Below are positions 25,700 through 38,689 of a stretch of DNA of 64,000 bases, piece after piece. This stretch comes from Caerostris darwini. Taxonomy: Eukaryota. Numbering within the stretch: position 1 is the first letter of the stretch; each line of letters opens with the position of its first letter. The position numbers and the translations under genes are program-made. Location: positions 899,513 to 963,512 of the forward strand of contig BPLQ01015363.1 in assembly GCA_021605075.1 (NCBI GenBank). Direction: 5' to 3'. The notes below the pieces were generated by a model. That model worked only from the letters and a program-made list of their open reading frames with translations, did not search any database and was not told the origin of the DNA.

Positions 25700-28500
25700 T
25701 GGCTCATAAGGCCCTCAGATTATTGCGCCATCTCAGCTGCAGTAGATCTTACTTCTGACCAGCTATTCCACCCCCGTGTGGTTCCTCTCATTTTCTACCA
25801 TTCGCCTCCATGTTAACATGAGTCTTCATCTTTTCCTTTTTCCTTCCGCCCATGTTAACGCTATTACTAGGATTTTAGCTGAAGACATTTTTAGTATGTG
25901 GCTAATCCATTTACACCTTCTTTCGATGTTGTTTGTGAGCTGTTCTTGTTTTGTTTGAATATCAAAATCTAGGTTTGATACTGTTTGTAGCCAAATAAAA
26001 TATAAAATTAAACAGTTGGCAAAATAGATGCTTTATAAAAATTTTTTAAATTTTTGTAAAGCATCTGCCAACTGTTTAATTTTATATTTTATTTGGTTAA
26101 TTTCCATGTTTCGGTTCCATATAAAAGGATGCCTTTTACTATTGAATTTAATATGTTGATTTTTATGTTTAACATTAGCCTGTTTGAACGCCAGGGGTTA
26201 GTTAATTTTTTAAAAAATTATGACACCTATCTCAGCATCAGTTTCCCCTTTTATATCTACTATTGTTCCAAGATATGTAAATCTATCAATATCTTCTATT
26301 TGGCCATTTTCCGATTTCACTGCACATTTAGTTTTCTCATTTATTCTCATTGTTTTGATTTTGTTAGTATTTATTTTCAATCCTACAATTTCTGATTACT
26401 TTTCAAAAATATTTATCCTGTGTTGCAGATCTTCAGATTTGCTGGTAAATAAAGCAATATAATCTAAATAACACACCCTTGCTTTACCTCTGTCTAGATG
26501 CTAATGGGCTCTGTCAGGTTTCCATTAACTTCTACCCAGCATTTTTAATCCCTGTCAAGTTCGTTAATGATATTTATAAATTTTCTGGGAATGTCATATA
26601 ATTTAAAAATCCTCCATGACATATCTCTATTAATAGAGTCGAAGGTTTTCTAAAAGTCAATAAAATTCATATACAATGATGTGCTAAATTCATGACTTTG
26701 TTCAATTATATTCTTTAAAGTAAATATTTGTTCGATTGTTCCTACTCCGCTTCTGAAACCGGCTTCAACTTGTTGATTATCACTCCTCCAAACACTTTGG
26801 CTGAAATAACAGGCATAATTCCTTTGTAGTTACCACAGATGGAAAGATCTCTCGTTTTGGAAATTTTTACGATTATAGATTCCCTCCAATTGTCATCTTT
26901 TCTGTTTTCCAAATTAAATTGAAAAGGGACTGTATTCGTTTAATTGTTCCATCAGTATCAATTATTAGCATTTCTGCAACGATTTGATCGCTGCCGCAGG
27001 TTTTTCCATAATCATTCTTAATTTCTATCAACGAAATTTCAGCCGTGTCAACAGAAAGGTTCGATGATATGCTAGCTGTTACCACATGATGTATAGCTTG
27101 ATCTTAATGCTTAACATTGAGTGTCTCCTTAAAATGTTCTCCCCATCTATCTTGAATTTCTTTTTCATTACTGAAGAATTTACCTTGTTCGTCTTTCATA
27201 TTTAGTTTTTGTTTGCTTGCACTTAAACTAATCTGTTTAATCGTTTGGTAAACTGCCCTACTTTTTCCTCGTTTAGCAGCTCTTTGTGCTTCAGAAGCAA
27301 GTGCTTCATAGAATTCTCTCATCCTTTCTCATTTCTTTTCACATTTCTATCAGCTTCTCTATAATTTTCCTTGTACTGCTGAAGTTGTTTTTCTAACTTA
27401 ATACTTTCTGATATATGCTTAATCTTCTTCCTTTATTCAATTAGTTTCCTGATTTTTTACCCGTAATACACTCTTTATTTGCTTTCTGTCTTTTTTCCCA
27501 TTAAATTTTGTAAAGGTTTTCTTTATTCTTTGTCCAGTTGTTCAACATTTTATGTATCATACCCCATTTCAACATCCAGTTCCTCAAACTTTTTTTTTGA
27601 GTTCAATGGCAAATGTGTGCTTTATATTTTTGTTCTTAAATTTAGCAATGTCAAAACCAAGTGGTCTCCTAATTTTATTTTTACGGCGTTTTTGAAGTTT
27701 GTTTCACATGCATCACCACTAAGTAGTGCTCGCTTCCTACATCTGTTCCCCTCCTTACTTTCACATGTCTCATAACTTTATAAATTTTCCATTAATAGCC
27801 ATGTGATCAGTTTAATTTTTTGTTTTCCCATTCGTTGACTTCCAATTCACCTTGTGAATTTGTGTCACCGGATGAATTTGTGTCAATATAGTTCCACCGA
27901 TGACTAGGACCGATTCGCAAAAGACCACAAACAATTCTCCGTGCTCATTCATTTGTCCTAGAGCTTCATTTTCCATCGATCGTTCATCGTCGCGTGCTTT
28001 TCAACTTTGTCCACGACTTTCTGTAGCTGGTCGTAGAAATCCTTTTCATCCTCTTATGCGTCGTTTGTTGGAGCGTAGACCTGTATAATTGTCATTTTGA
28101 TATACTTAAAAAAAAATCTTGCTTTAATTATTCTTTCATTGACTAATTCCCATCCAATCAAGTTGCTCCTTGCCTTCTCGTTAAGAATGAGGGCCACTTC
28201 TCCTTCATGTCTGTAATTACTTCCTGAATATAGTATTGTTTTGTCAACAACTGTTTTGATGTTTCCAAAACAGTTGATGACTAAACAATACTATGTTCAT
28301 GAAGTAGCTAGCTTCACGCATCCAAGAATATCAAGCTTATAGTTACTCATCTCATTTGTTAATTGCCTGGTCTTTCCAATTTGATACATGGTTCTCACAT
28401 TCCATGTTCCAATTTGAAACATTTGTTTTGGCTTGGGCATTGACTCCTTTCGCCTCAGAGGTTCTCGTGGACTTTCCCCCCTTCTCATCGTATGCGTATC
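25700..28500 (-). mobile_element. Degraded non-LTR retrotransposon (LINE) ORF2: AP-endonuclease N-terminus, linker, reverse transcriptase
   Basis: Minus-strand ORFs 28297..28488 (IGTWNVRTM...KLDILG), 27104..27322 (...RWGEHFKETLN) and 26873..27085 (DGTIKRIQSLFNLIWKTEKM). By-eye translation of 26400-26870 shows RT motifs NYKGI, FIDFRKAFDS, KQGCVL. Confidence 0.7.
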
Positions 28501-28970
28501 ATTCTCAGTAGTCTAGGCAATTTATGTGTATCTTATCAAAGTATTGCAGCTGAAGTCTTAAATAAGATTTCGCTTTAAATAAATAAACACACACGATAAA
28601 TTACGTCAGAATTCAAATTTATCCAAATTGAATATTTATTTAGTTCCTCTTTACGATATGGATATTATATTATTATGAAAAATTAATAAATAAAGTAAAG
28701 TAAAAGCTATATGAAGTAAGCACATAATAAAATTATAAATATAATTTTCCGTACATTTTGTGTAATCGTTATGTTCTGGTAAAAAAAAAAATCACATTTT
28801 TTTCCTGCTTAAAAAAAATTGCGGCGTGTTGGTACTAGGTTTTAGCTTATTCAACTTCGTTGAACTGTCAGTGTGGATATATACCAAGAAGTTAGGCGAC
28901 TCCTGGTTTGCAATAAACTCTTTATGATCCGCGTGTTGGGATTTATAGAAAAATCATGATATAATCGACA

Positions 28971-29244
28971 GGAGCATGATGGCCGAGTGACTAGCACTCT
29001 GGCGCTCAGTACCACAGGTTTCGAATTCGAATTCCGGCGGTGCCATGGATGTTTGTAGTGGTTCGGATACCTCTTTAAGCCGTAGATCCCGGTCTCACGT
29101 GACCGTAGAGAGTCACAGAGCCCAATCAGACTCTTCTCACTCGCGTCATTCCCAAAATTTAAATAGGCAACTCAGCTCTATTCACAGTGAGGTGATGCGA
29201 TGTGGCGTGGTGTGGTGTAGTGTAGTGTAGTGTAGCAGTAGTAG
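28971..29244 (+). mobile_element. tRNA-headed SINE copy with GT-rich minisatellite tail (gtgtag)n
   Basis: Head ATGATGGCCGAGTGACTAGCACTCTGGCGCTC...GGTTTCGAATTCGAATTCCGGCGGTGCCATGGATGTTTGTAGTGGTTCGGA, shared with the other copies. Confidence 0.7.
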
Positions 29245-29963
29245 ATATGATAAATCTTTATCAAGTTTCTAATGTTAAATTTTTAACAATGGTAACTTCG
29301 ATTTATAAAATTGTATTAAATGTGAATGTAAGAAATAATCTTTTAATTAAAATTACAAATAGAGAATTATCCTTAGCTGTTGTACATTAGTTTTTACATT
29401 TTTTAGCATTTATGACATCAAAGAAGTTCCACCTATTTTTCCCATCCAATTTGGTGTGACCTTGCCGTGGTGGATGGGCTTTCCACGAACAGTGTCACAA
29501 CTGTTGATAACATGGAAGCAATTTTTTCTGTCAAAACACCGAAACAATCAAGCATATTGAATACTGCAGTTGATTTAATGTACAACTCATGCCAAATACA
29601 TTGTAATTTTGTATCAAAGTATCACTAGCAGCCGAATTCACTTTCTTTATGTCGCTCACAGCGCCATCTATTAATACACTTTGGAACCTTTTTTTATGCC
29701 ATATCGTTTCCCCCTTCTTCAAGTATCGTAGGTTCAAATTTGAACTCATTGTGACGAGTGTTTCTTTTTTTTTTTTACATCATTTTGAAAGTGGTAATTT
29801 AATTATAATCACCCTGTAAATTCAACGCTTATCGCATGCTATGTACTGCATTAAGGCACATCTATTACACCGTAGTTTTGTGTTGTGTATGTGTGATATG
29901 AAATGCAGAAGGTGTTCAAAAATTTTGATAACGATTTTGATTTTCTCCATGAATTAATTTTTT

Positions 29964-30262
29964 TTTTTTTTTTTTTTTGGTTCTAATGCAGCTAGCAACC
30001 ATTTAGACAATTGCCTTTGATGCAAGTGCTGCATAGACATTACTCACTTTGCATTACCCAGGGGGCGCGTGTAACTTGATGGTAAGCCACGGACGCGGAG
30101 TAACAATGCCCCCGCAACGCTCTACGATCCTATTAGGACCGGGACCTACGGTTTAAAGTGGATTCCGAACCACTACAAACACCCATGGGGAAGCCGGGAT
30201 TTGAACCCGATACCTAAGGTATCGAGAGCCAGAGCGCTAGCCACTCGGCCATAAGGCCCCCC
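29964..30262 (-). mobile_element. tRNA-headed SINE copy (family A, full length) with poly-A tail (poly-T on + strand)
   Basis: Reverse complement reads GGGGCCTTATGGCCGAGTGGCTAGCGCTCTGGCTCTCGATACC..GGTTCAAATCCCGGC..TGTTTGTAGTGGTTCGGAATCCACTTTAAACCGTAGGTCCCGGTCCTAATAGG...GCTAGCTGCATTAGAA(A)n. Confidence 0.8.
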
Positions 30263-30570
30263 TTCCCCCATCAATTAAATTCAAATGAAAAAAAAAAGTC
30301 TTAAATAGCATCTATTCGGAACAGAGTTTGTCGTTTGTAAAAAAAAAAAAATATATTAAAATTATTTTTTGCTTTAATATGTCTCTGGAAAATAAACAAA
30401 AGATCGAAGTATATATTTTTGCTTTTTCCGAAGTGAAATACTTTTATACGATTATTAAAGAATGATGTGAAAAGCATGTTTTTAATATTTCTACACATAA
30501 AATAATGACATATAAAAGAGTAAAGAAACGTCAAAAATTACATTTGACTGCGAAAAACATGTACATATCT

Positions 30571-30845
30571 GTTGTTGTTACTAATAACCCCTGGTATAGA
30601 AAAGCCTACACCAGGTCCAGAAGACCCCGTCGCAGGCGACGGTGCGATGGCTAAGGGTAATATGCAGCTTCGCTGTATCGAGCTTCTCTGTTGACTAAAC
30701 CTCGACAACACTCCACGAGAGTATTAGACCGGGATCTACGGTTTAAAGTGGACTCCAAACCACTGCAAACATTCATAGCACCGCCGGGATTCGAACCCGA
30801 AATCTTTGATACAGAGCGTTAGCCACTCGACCATCAGCCTATCAG
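30571..30845 (-). mobile_element. tRNA-headed SINE copy with (AAC)n tail
   Basis: Reverse complement reads TGATGGTCGAGTGGCTAACGCTCTGTATC..GGTTCGAATCCCGGCGGTGCTATGAATGTTTGCAGTGGTTTGGAGTCCACTTTAAACCGTAGATCCCGGTCTAATACT... Confidence 0.75.
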
Positions 30846-31842
30846 AGTGAACATTTTAGAAAATGAAATTATATATATATATACTAAATACTATGTATTC
30901 AAAATTGTTACAAAAATGCGGGAAAACCCTTTGTATATTGATACGATAATATTCCGTTTACATACTCATGGGCATACGTCCAAATGCGTATTCTTACAAT
31001 GTGTTTGCTTTTAAACAATATTAAAGCAACAAAAATCGCATAACTTTTTAATTCAATATCATAAAAAAAATTTTATAAAGGTAAAATGGTATTTAATGAA
31101 TGGCTTTTAATGTGGTTTTTAAAATGGCTTTTATAAAGGTATGAAATAAAATTCCTGTAGGATAAGTTTTCTTAATTATTCACTATCAAACATAGTTATC
31201 AAACGTGTGTGTTTCTTTCATATTATGTACAACACTTTTTATACCCCCTTCTTGTCGTTTAGAATTATGCTTGCTGTAGTTCAAATGTTATTTTTAGTTT
31301 ACTTAGTTGTTAAAATACTATATCCAAACATTTTGACTCTTTACTTAGTCTTATTACTTTTGTATTCAGAAAATTATGTTTTGAACCGTAAAAGAAATTA
31401 GTTTTGATCACTTTATTAAAATTAGAGTAATTACTATACCTTTTTATTAAAATATTTTTATACAGCTTCATTATTAATTAATTTGTTAATTCATTATTTC
31501 ATTGGTGCATAGCTTTTAAGTTATTCTGATTCAATTTATATATATATATATATGGTTTTTTTTAATCCACATCTATTTATTGTGAGAATTGCATTTCTCT
31601 GTTAACAAAATATATTTTATGTTGAACTTTCTTTCCAAAAACTCAATTTTATTTTATAAAACCTGATCTTTATTTATTAATTAAAGATTTATTATTAAGA
31701 TTTTATAAAATTTATATCTAACATATTATTCATCTTAAATTGTTATAATCACTATTGGATATATACAAATATGTATACATATTTTCTGTATATTTAAAAA
31801 TAATTCTGAAATGAAATTTTTTGTTGTTGTTGTTGTTGTTAG

Positions 31843-31991
31843 CTGGATCATGTGGTGATTTTGAGAACTTCTAGTCAGAGTGGTGATGAAGAAGTCAAAG
31901 ATGCAATCAAATCATTCCTTCATAAATATCGGCAGGTGGTTAATCCTGAGTTATTATATACTGAAGTTGATTTTGAAAGGAGTAGCTCTAG
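31843..31991 (+). CDS. TEP1: TEP1-like exon (LDHVVILRTSSQSGDEEVKDAIKSFLHKYRQ...)
   Basis: (GTT)n-ag|CTGGAT acceptor, TCTAG|gtatgt donor; ORF track 31852..32037. Confidence 0.55.
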
Positions 31992-32780
31992 GTATGTTAT
32001 GTTAAACAATGTATTTCTGAAGTTATTTAATAACTAATTTATATATTTGACAGTTTCATTTGAAAAATAATTATACTATTATTGTTTATATAAAATATAT
32101 TATTTCAACCGAACAATTTTTCAAAATAAACTTAAAATACATGTTAATTTAACTGAATTTAAAAAATATTTAATTAAAAGAAAGTTCACCGAAGTAAACA
32201 ATATCGAAAATAGTTCGAGAAAAACAATATCAGAGTAGAATTGCAAGTGATGAAAAAGAATTATAGCAGTATGTAATTTTATCATAGCAATTTTTTTTTT
32301 TTTAAATTTTCAATATCATTTTATTCTGTATATGAAAGTAAAAGTAAATGTTTGAAATGGAATTTTGGTTTTTAAAAATTTCTTTTTATTGGAAAAAAAC
32401 CCCATAAAATGTTTTATTGAAAGTATAAAAATAAATGTCACTTTTAATGAAGAAAAAAAATTAGATAAATCTGACTTTGAAAAATAAGTTTAAAAATTTT
32501 TAAAAACTATATTTCTGAAATTGAAATGTGCTTCTTTAATTTCTCTCTTATAGCATCTCGTTTTTATTTGTGTGCTGCATAGTACGAAAGAAATTGAAAA
32601 AAAAAAATGTTTTGATAATTTTCATGCTTTATATATGGAGAGAAATTTATATTATAGAATATTTTTGATACAGACTAGTTAAAATAAATCTTGCTCTATT
32701 TAAACCGAATTAAACATCTAAATTTTTTCATACTCTAGGTTTACTAAGATATAATGCAAATTTTTGTTTCCTAATTGTTT

Positions 32781-33033
32781 CTGTTGTTGTTGTTTCTTAT
32801 CCCACTTGGCTGGCCAAGCCCACGAGCACATATGGACTCATGATTGAAGGGTAAGGAAGCAGCTTCTGTTGTGATGGAGCACCCGTAGGTAGAAGCCTGA
32901 CTTTTGCTCCGTGACGCTCTTACAGTCATAGAAGGCCAGGACCTACGGCTTAAAGTGGATTCCGAACCACTACAAACATCCATGGCACCGCCGGGATTCG
33001 AACCCGAAACCTGTGGAACCGAGCGCCAGAGCA
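32781..33033 (-). mobile_element. 5'-truncated SINE copy with (AAC)n tail
   Basis: Reverse complement reads ...GGTTCGAATCCCGGCGGTGCCATGGATGTTTGTAGTGGTTCGGAATCCACTTTAAGCCGTAGGTCCTGGCC...CTTCTACCTACGGGTGC...(AAC)n. Its 3' core is shared with the copy at 37934-38290. Confidence 0.7.
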
Positions 33034-33386
33034 ATAATTTTTTCTAATAGACATATATTTCATATTATGAAATATAGCGTTTTTTATATTTGGCGTACAG
33101 ATTTTTTAAAAAAAATATTATAATTTTTGAAAACAAGAATTACTGAATAAAAAAAGTAGCATTTTAAAAGAAGTTCTATTCGATATAAATATCTAAAAAT
33201 ATTCGTCTGCTCTGGGGAAAAAAAATATTATTATAATAATAAATAAAAAATTTCTCCCCAAAAAAATATTTATAAAAGTTTGATTTTCCTATATATAGCG
33301 TTCAAATTTCATCATCAAGAAAGAGAGAGAGTTTTATTTTTTTTTTTAATATATCTTCTCAACTAAAGGATTGATATAATCATATA

Positions 33387-34603
33387 CACTGAAGTGACAA
33401 AAGTCATGGGATACCTCTTAATATCGTGTCGGCCCTCCTTTCGCCCGGCGAAGTGCAGCAACTCGACGTGGCATGGACTCAACAAGTCGTTGGAAGTCTT
33501 CTGCAGGAATATTGAGCCATGCTGTCTCGATAGACGTCCATAATTGTGAAAGCGTTGATGGTGCAGGATTTTGGACACGAACAGACCACTCGATGATGTC
33601 CCATAAATGCTCGATGGGATTCATGTCGGGCGATCTAGGTGGCCAGATCATTAGTTGGAATTGTCCAGAATGTTCTTCAAACCAATCGCGAGCAGTTGTG
33701 GCCCGGTGACATGGGGCATTGTCATCCATAAAAATCCCATCGTTATTTGGGTACATGAAGTCCATGAATGGCTGCAAGTGATCTCCAAGTAGCTGAACAT
33801 AAGCATTTCCAGTCAATGTTCGGTCCAGTCGCACCAGAGGACCAAGTCCATGCCATGAAAAAACAGCCCACACCATTACGGAGCCACAACCAGCTTGAAC
33901 AGTGCCTTGCTGACAGTTTGGGTCCATGGCTTCGTGGGGTCTGCGCCACACTCGAACCCTACCATCAGCTCTTACCAACTGAAATCGTGACTCATCGGAC
34001 CAGGCCACGGTTTTCCATTCATCTAGGGACCAACCGATATGCTCACGTGCCCACGAGAGTCGCTGCAAGCGATGTCGTTCTGTCAGTAAAGGCACTCGAG
34101 TCGGTCATCTGCTGGAATAGCCCAAGAAAGCCAAATTTCTCCACACAGTTCTAACAGACAAGTCCCTTGTACGTCCCACATTGATTTCTGCGGTTATTTG
34201 ACGCAGTGTTGCTTGTCTGTTAGAATTTACGACTCTTTGCAGACGTCGCCGGTCTCGGTCGTTAAGCGCAGGCGGTCGACCACTGCGCTGTCCATGGTGG
34301 GATGTTATGCCTGAAATTTCATACTCTCGGCACACTCTTGACACAGTGGATCTGGGAATGTTGAATTCCCTAACGATTTCCGAAATGGCATGACCCATGC
34401 GTCTAGCTCCAACTAACATTCCGCGTTCAAAGTCTGTTAATTCCCGTCGTGCGGTCATCATCACGTCAAAACCTCTTCACATGAATAACTTGAACGAAAT
34501 GAAAGCTCTGCGAAAGCACTGCGCATTTATACCTGTTCTACGCGATGCTACTGCCATCTGAAAATTTGCACATTGCTATCCCATGACTTTTGTCACTTCA
34601 GTG
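33387..34603 (-). mobile_element. Tc1-like transposon (about 1.2 kb) with perfect 29-bp TIRs CACTGAAGTGACAAAAGTCATGGGATA, TA TSD; transposase interrupted once
   Basis: TIRs at 33387-33413 and 34575-34603. Minus-strand ORFs 34105..34464 (HTH) and 33418..34095 (WSDESRF..FMDDNAPCHRA..SPDMNPIEHLWD) are contiguous apart from one stop at about 34096-34104. Confidence 0.85.
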
Positions 34604-35563
34604 TACAATACTATAAAAAAAAGTTAAAAAGGCGAAAAAAAGCTTCAGTCTGTTATAAAAACTGATTTTGTTGACTTTAGTCTTTTTGTCTTGTACTTTT
34701 GATGTCCTGTAATCCAATATTCTATTTATCACTGTATCTGTTTTTTATTTCAGCTCTTGTAGAATTTTTCTTCTTATTCATTAAAAGCTGTTCCCACATT
34801 ATCCAGGAAAAAAGTTAAAGTGTGAATATAGGAACTTAAATTTTGTGGACATTTTAAAACTTTTAATTTTCCAAAAAGTCTTCAAAAGCATCCCAAGCTG
34901 CTTTCTCTGCAGCATTTAGTTTGTTTCTGAAATTTGGAGTTTGAAATAGTTGCTTTACTTAACTTTTATTTTGACCTTTACATATAAATTTGTCTTTTAA
35001 ATCAACAAATTCCACAACTTTCATATTCGCCGCTTTAACAAATTAATTGCTTATCTAGTCCCAAGTGTTATGTGTGACTTAACAAATGCACATGCGTATT
35101 TTATTTATTTACTTTAGCAACTTTACGCAAGTTCTCTCTGAAAATTGATTACACAATCTCATTTAAAGTTGCACATACTCGACTTCAGATTGATGATTTT
35201 TTAAATTGGGCAGACAGATTTTTTTAATGCAAAGTGCAAAAATAAAACTATCATATGCTTTCTGTGCAAATGTTTTAGCAAGATCTATATTAGTTGGAAA
35301 ATCGCAGTTTAAGGACTACTGTAGTTTTGGTGTCCCATTCCTTGCATTGGACAAAAACACAAGAGAAGCACAGTCGTAAAGAGGAAGCTTTTATTTTTCA
35401 CAAAGTCTCTTATTTAAGGACAAGGAAAAGTTTCTAAATTTCAAGGTCCCCTAAACTAAGATCTATCCATACAACTTTAACTTTAAAACAATCACTACCG
35501 TAGATTAAATGCACATGATAGAATAATTTAATTACAATATTTGAATTTGTTAGTATAAAATAC

Positions 35564-36340
35564 TACTGTGTCCAAAAAGTAAGACCAGTTTTAAATTTAA
35601 ATTTTTTGATGTTAAAACTGATTCCGCCGATTTTTGAAGTGTCTGAATTAATTGAGCAAGAACTTGCGTTAAATTTTGTTTGCAGAAACGCATAGAATGT
35701 TGCAGAAGACATTCGGTGAGCATTCCTATATCGGAAAATTTTTTTTTAGAAGTGGTATAAACAGTTAAAAGAAGGCAGAGAACGCGTTGAAGACGAAGAG
35801 CCCTCTGTTTGACCATCAACCTCAACCGACGAAGCTCACGTCCAAAAATTAAAGATTTGGTGCTTGCAAACCGTCAATTTACAATTGGAGACCTTGCTGA
35901 TGATGTTGGAATTTCAAAATTCCATTTTAAAAGATGTTTTGGGCAACAAACGCTTCAAATCTTGATTGGTACCGAAAACACTGAATGCGCCAGCTCACTG
36001 CATTGGTTCTTCGTGATTTTTTCGCCAAAAATGAAACCCATATCGTTCCATAACCACCGTATTCACCTGATTTAGCTTCGTACTACTTCTGGCTATTCCC
36101 TAAACTCAAAAGACCACTTCAGAAACACCGTTTTGAGTCAATTGAAGAGACATTTCAAAAATCGCCGGAATCAGTTTTAGCATCTCAGAAATCTCAAGCA
36201 CTAATGAATATTTTGACGTAAAATTTCACACAGATGTCAAGGACAGTGCCAACAACCTAAAAAAGAAAAAAAAAAGAAATGAAATACCATATGCCTGGGA
36301 AATTTAAATTGAAAATTGATCTTACTTATTGGGCGCAGTA
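35564..36340 (+). mobile_element. Internally deleted mariner (Mos1-like) element, about 0.78 kb
   Basis: Imperfect TIRs TACTGTGTCCAAAAAGTAAGACC and GATCTTACTTATTGGGCGCAGTA. Internal remnants ETHRMLQKTFGE (like the Mos1 N-terminus) and PYSPDLASYYFWLFPKLK (like Mos1 YSPDLAPSDYHLF); ORF 35809..36075. Confidence 0.6.
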
Positions 36341-36630
36341 ATATATAAGAACCAATAATTATTTTTAGAGAGAAAAAATTTGATGGCTTACAGTGCTATT
36401 CAAGAAAATGAACAGAAGTTTAATTTTAAGTTTTTTAATATCTTTTCCTGCAAAATATTTATATTTTAACAGAATATTCCTTAAAGTTTTAAATTTTTTA
36501 GAGACCACATTACACTGATTAATGTTAGTGAACATTTGAATAATGCTACTAATTCCATTAATATTTGTTTTTGCTTGTTATGCTATACCTAAAGCGTTTT
36601 ATCAGTCTTAATTATTATCTTATCTTACAG

Positions 36631-36699
36631 TTGTTTAGATTCTGATTCTGAAGATGGTAAAAATGTTTTTCTTGGTGGAAACCCTAGTCAGCTAGTCAA
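36631..36699 (+). CDS. TEP1: TEP1-like exon (SCLDSDSEDGKNVFLGGNPSQLVK)
   Basis: tcttacag|T acceptor, AA|gtaagt donor; phase links exon 6 to exon 8 without stops. Confidence 0.5.
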
Positions 36700-37689
36700 G
36701 TAAGTTATTCATTTCCTGCCTTTCAAGTTGTATATTTTTTCTGTTTATGTGAAAGTCAATGAATTATAGTGAAAATTCTATTTTTCCTATCTATGAATTA
36801 TTACCTGCTGTAATTAAATACGAGTATTATTGAGACGATCGGTCAAAAAGAAACCTTTTTTAGAAATAATGTATTGAGTGAACGAGAATACTTGTGCATC
36901 ATTTCTTTTACAATATCTCCTTCATGCTCAATACAAGCCTTTCAGTGCTTACATAATATTCAGTGTTGGCTGCACGTCTAGTCATTCACCATTTAGTTTA
37001 CCTCTTCATAAGATGGCAAATGCATATTTCACTTCCATCACCATATTTTGCTTCCATTCTTTGATGTATGAGGAATTTCGAGTTTTGCACTTTCATATTG
37101 TCGAACATCTGACGCTACTGATCTTAGATGAAAGTATCCAATGACCATTTATAGTCTGTTTTTATAACAATACTCATTTCTCTGCATTTTTCTGCTACCC
37201 ACTTGATATTTTTTACATTCCTACAATAATATTGCCAACTTATATGTCAGTGACATTACATTTCAAAATGCTTTTAAACATTTAAGGTTTTCATTTGACT
37301 CATCCATGTACATTTGTTACTTGACTTTTTTGTTTAGAATAATAGTTATTTGTTATTTTCTTTTCTTTCAATGTTTTTTGAAAAATATATTTTTATTTTT
37401 CATAAATTTTTATTACAATGTTAATGAATTTTTTTAAAAATATGTTTACCTACATCTTTTGTTAAAAAGCCTTTAAAATCATAGTGATATATTTAGAATT
37501 ATTTTAGTATAGCCTAACAACATAATTTACATTTGTCTAATCTTTCATTTTTACATGTTACATATTTTTTGTTTGTCATTAAATATTTGAATTTTTTAAT
37601 GAAATATAATTAGATGTGCTTATTTTCTTTTAAAATTTATTGGAATCAAATGATTAAATAATCATAAATTCTTCTGTTTCCAACAATAG

Positions 37690-37845
37690 GTTTATTGCTG
37701 AACGGTGTAATGGAGGGCAACTTACATATGTTGACAACATTGATCATAAATATGATCTTAAAACTAATGTGAATTCTGAAAAATTTAAAAAACTTGATTT
37801 GTTACCTAAACAAGAAAAGTTACCTGTGCTTACAAAAGTTCCTAA
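37690..37845 (+). CDS. TEP1: TEP1-like exon (FIAERCNGGQLTYVDNIDHKYDL...)
   Basis: caatag|G acceptor, CCTAA|gtaagt donor. Carry-over AA+A gives K then WHTVRVFISS in the next exon. Confidence 0.55.
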
Positions 37846-37933
37846 GTAAGTTTTTAAGTCATTTCTTGCTATTTTTTAAATTAATTTGAGTTCTGCCTTA
37901 TATGCATTTACTATAGTAAATGAATAATATCAT

Positions 37934-38290
37934 GCCCCATTCGTGGCTCAGCGGTAATGTGCGCTACTGGTGAGCATTAGGCTTGAGGTTCAATCCACTG
38001 GCGACATTGTTTCAAAAACGAGGAAACTCCTCATTGGCGTTTATGATGTTCAGCATATTACCTCGTTACGCAAATTGCCGGGTGGGAGTTTTCCGGGTTT
38101 TCTTTCATACGGTGTGCAAATGCGGTTTAGTTCTTCTAAAGGTCTCTCCGGAAGGCACTGCCCGTCTTCAGCGTCACAGAACGAAATCAGACTTCTACCT
38201 GCGGGTGCAACACACAGAATATTTCACAACTGAAGCTCCCCTTTACCTCCATCCATGAGTATTATACGTGGGATGTCTGTCCAGAAAACA
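37934..38290 (+). mobile_element. SINE copy with a different tRNA-like head (GGCTCAGCGGTAATG..GGTTCAATCC) but the shared 3' core
   Basis: Core AGCGTCACAGAACGAAATCAGACTTCTACCTGCGGGTGC...CCATCCATGAGT is homologous to 32781-33033 (CTTCTACCTACGGGTGC...CAATCATGAGT). The 3' end is uncertain and may extend to about 38540. Confidence 0.55.
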
Positions 38291-38689
38291 CTGAGGATGA
38301 GTCACAACCACATATCGTTCATTAAATAGTAGGCGCTCTTTAATTTTGGCATTCGATAGTTCGGCACATTCTATAATCCGGCACGGATCAACCGCTCGAT
38401 TTCAGAGTATTTTTATGTGGATTCAAGCATTTGTTGACCTTGACCACTACATCACGGCACAAAGCTGCTTGCGTTTTCTCCTGTTTATCGTAACTATCAA
38501 TTTTCATTTCAATACAGTGTGCACTGTATAATAAAATGTTCTCAAAGCTCAGAAAAGGTTTTTCGAGTTTTAATAAGCATGATCATGTAACTTACACAAC
38601 AAAACTTTCGATAATTAATCTTCTGGAAAGCTAAACTTTCATAACGAGTGACTTTAATATTGGTTCTTCGATAATGTATGATAAAAAAA

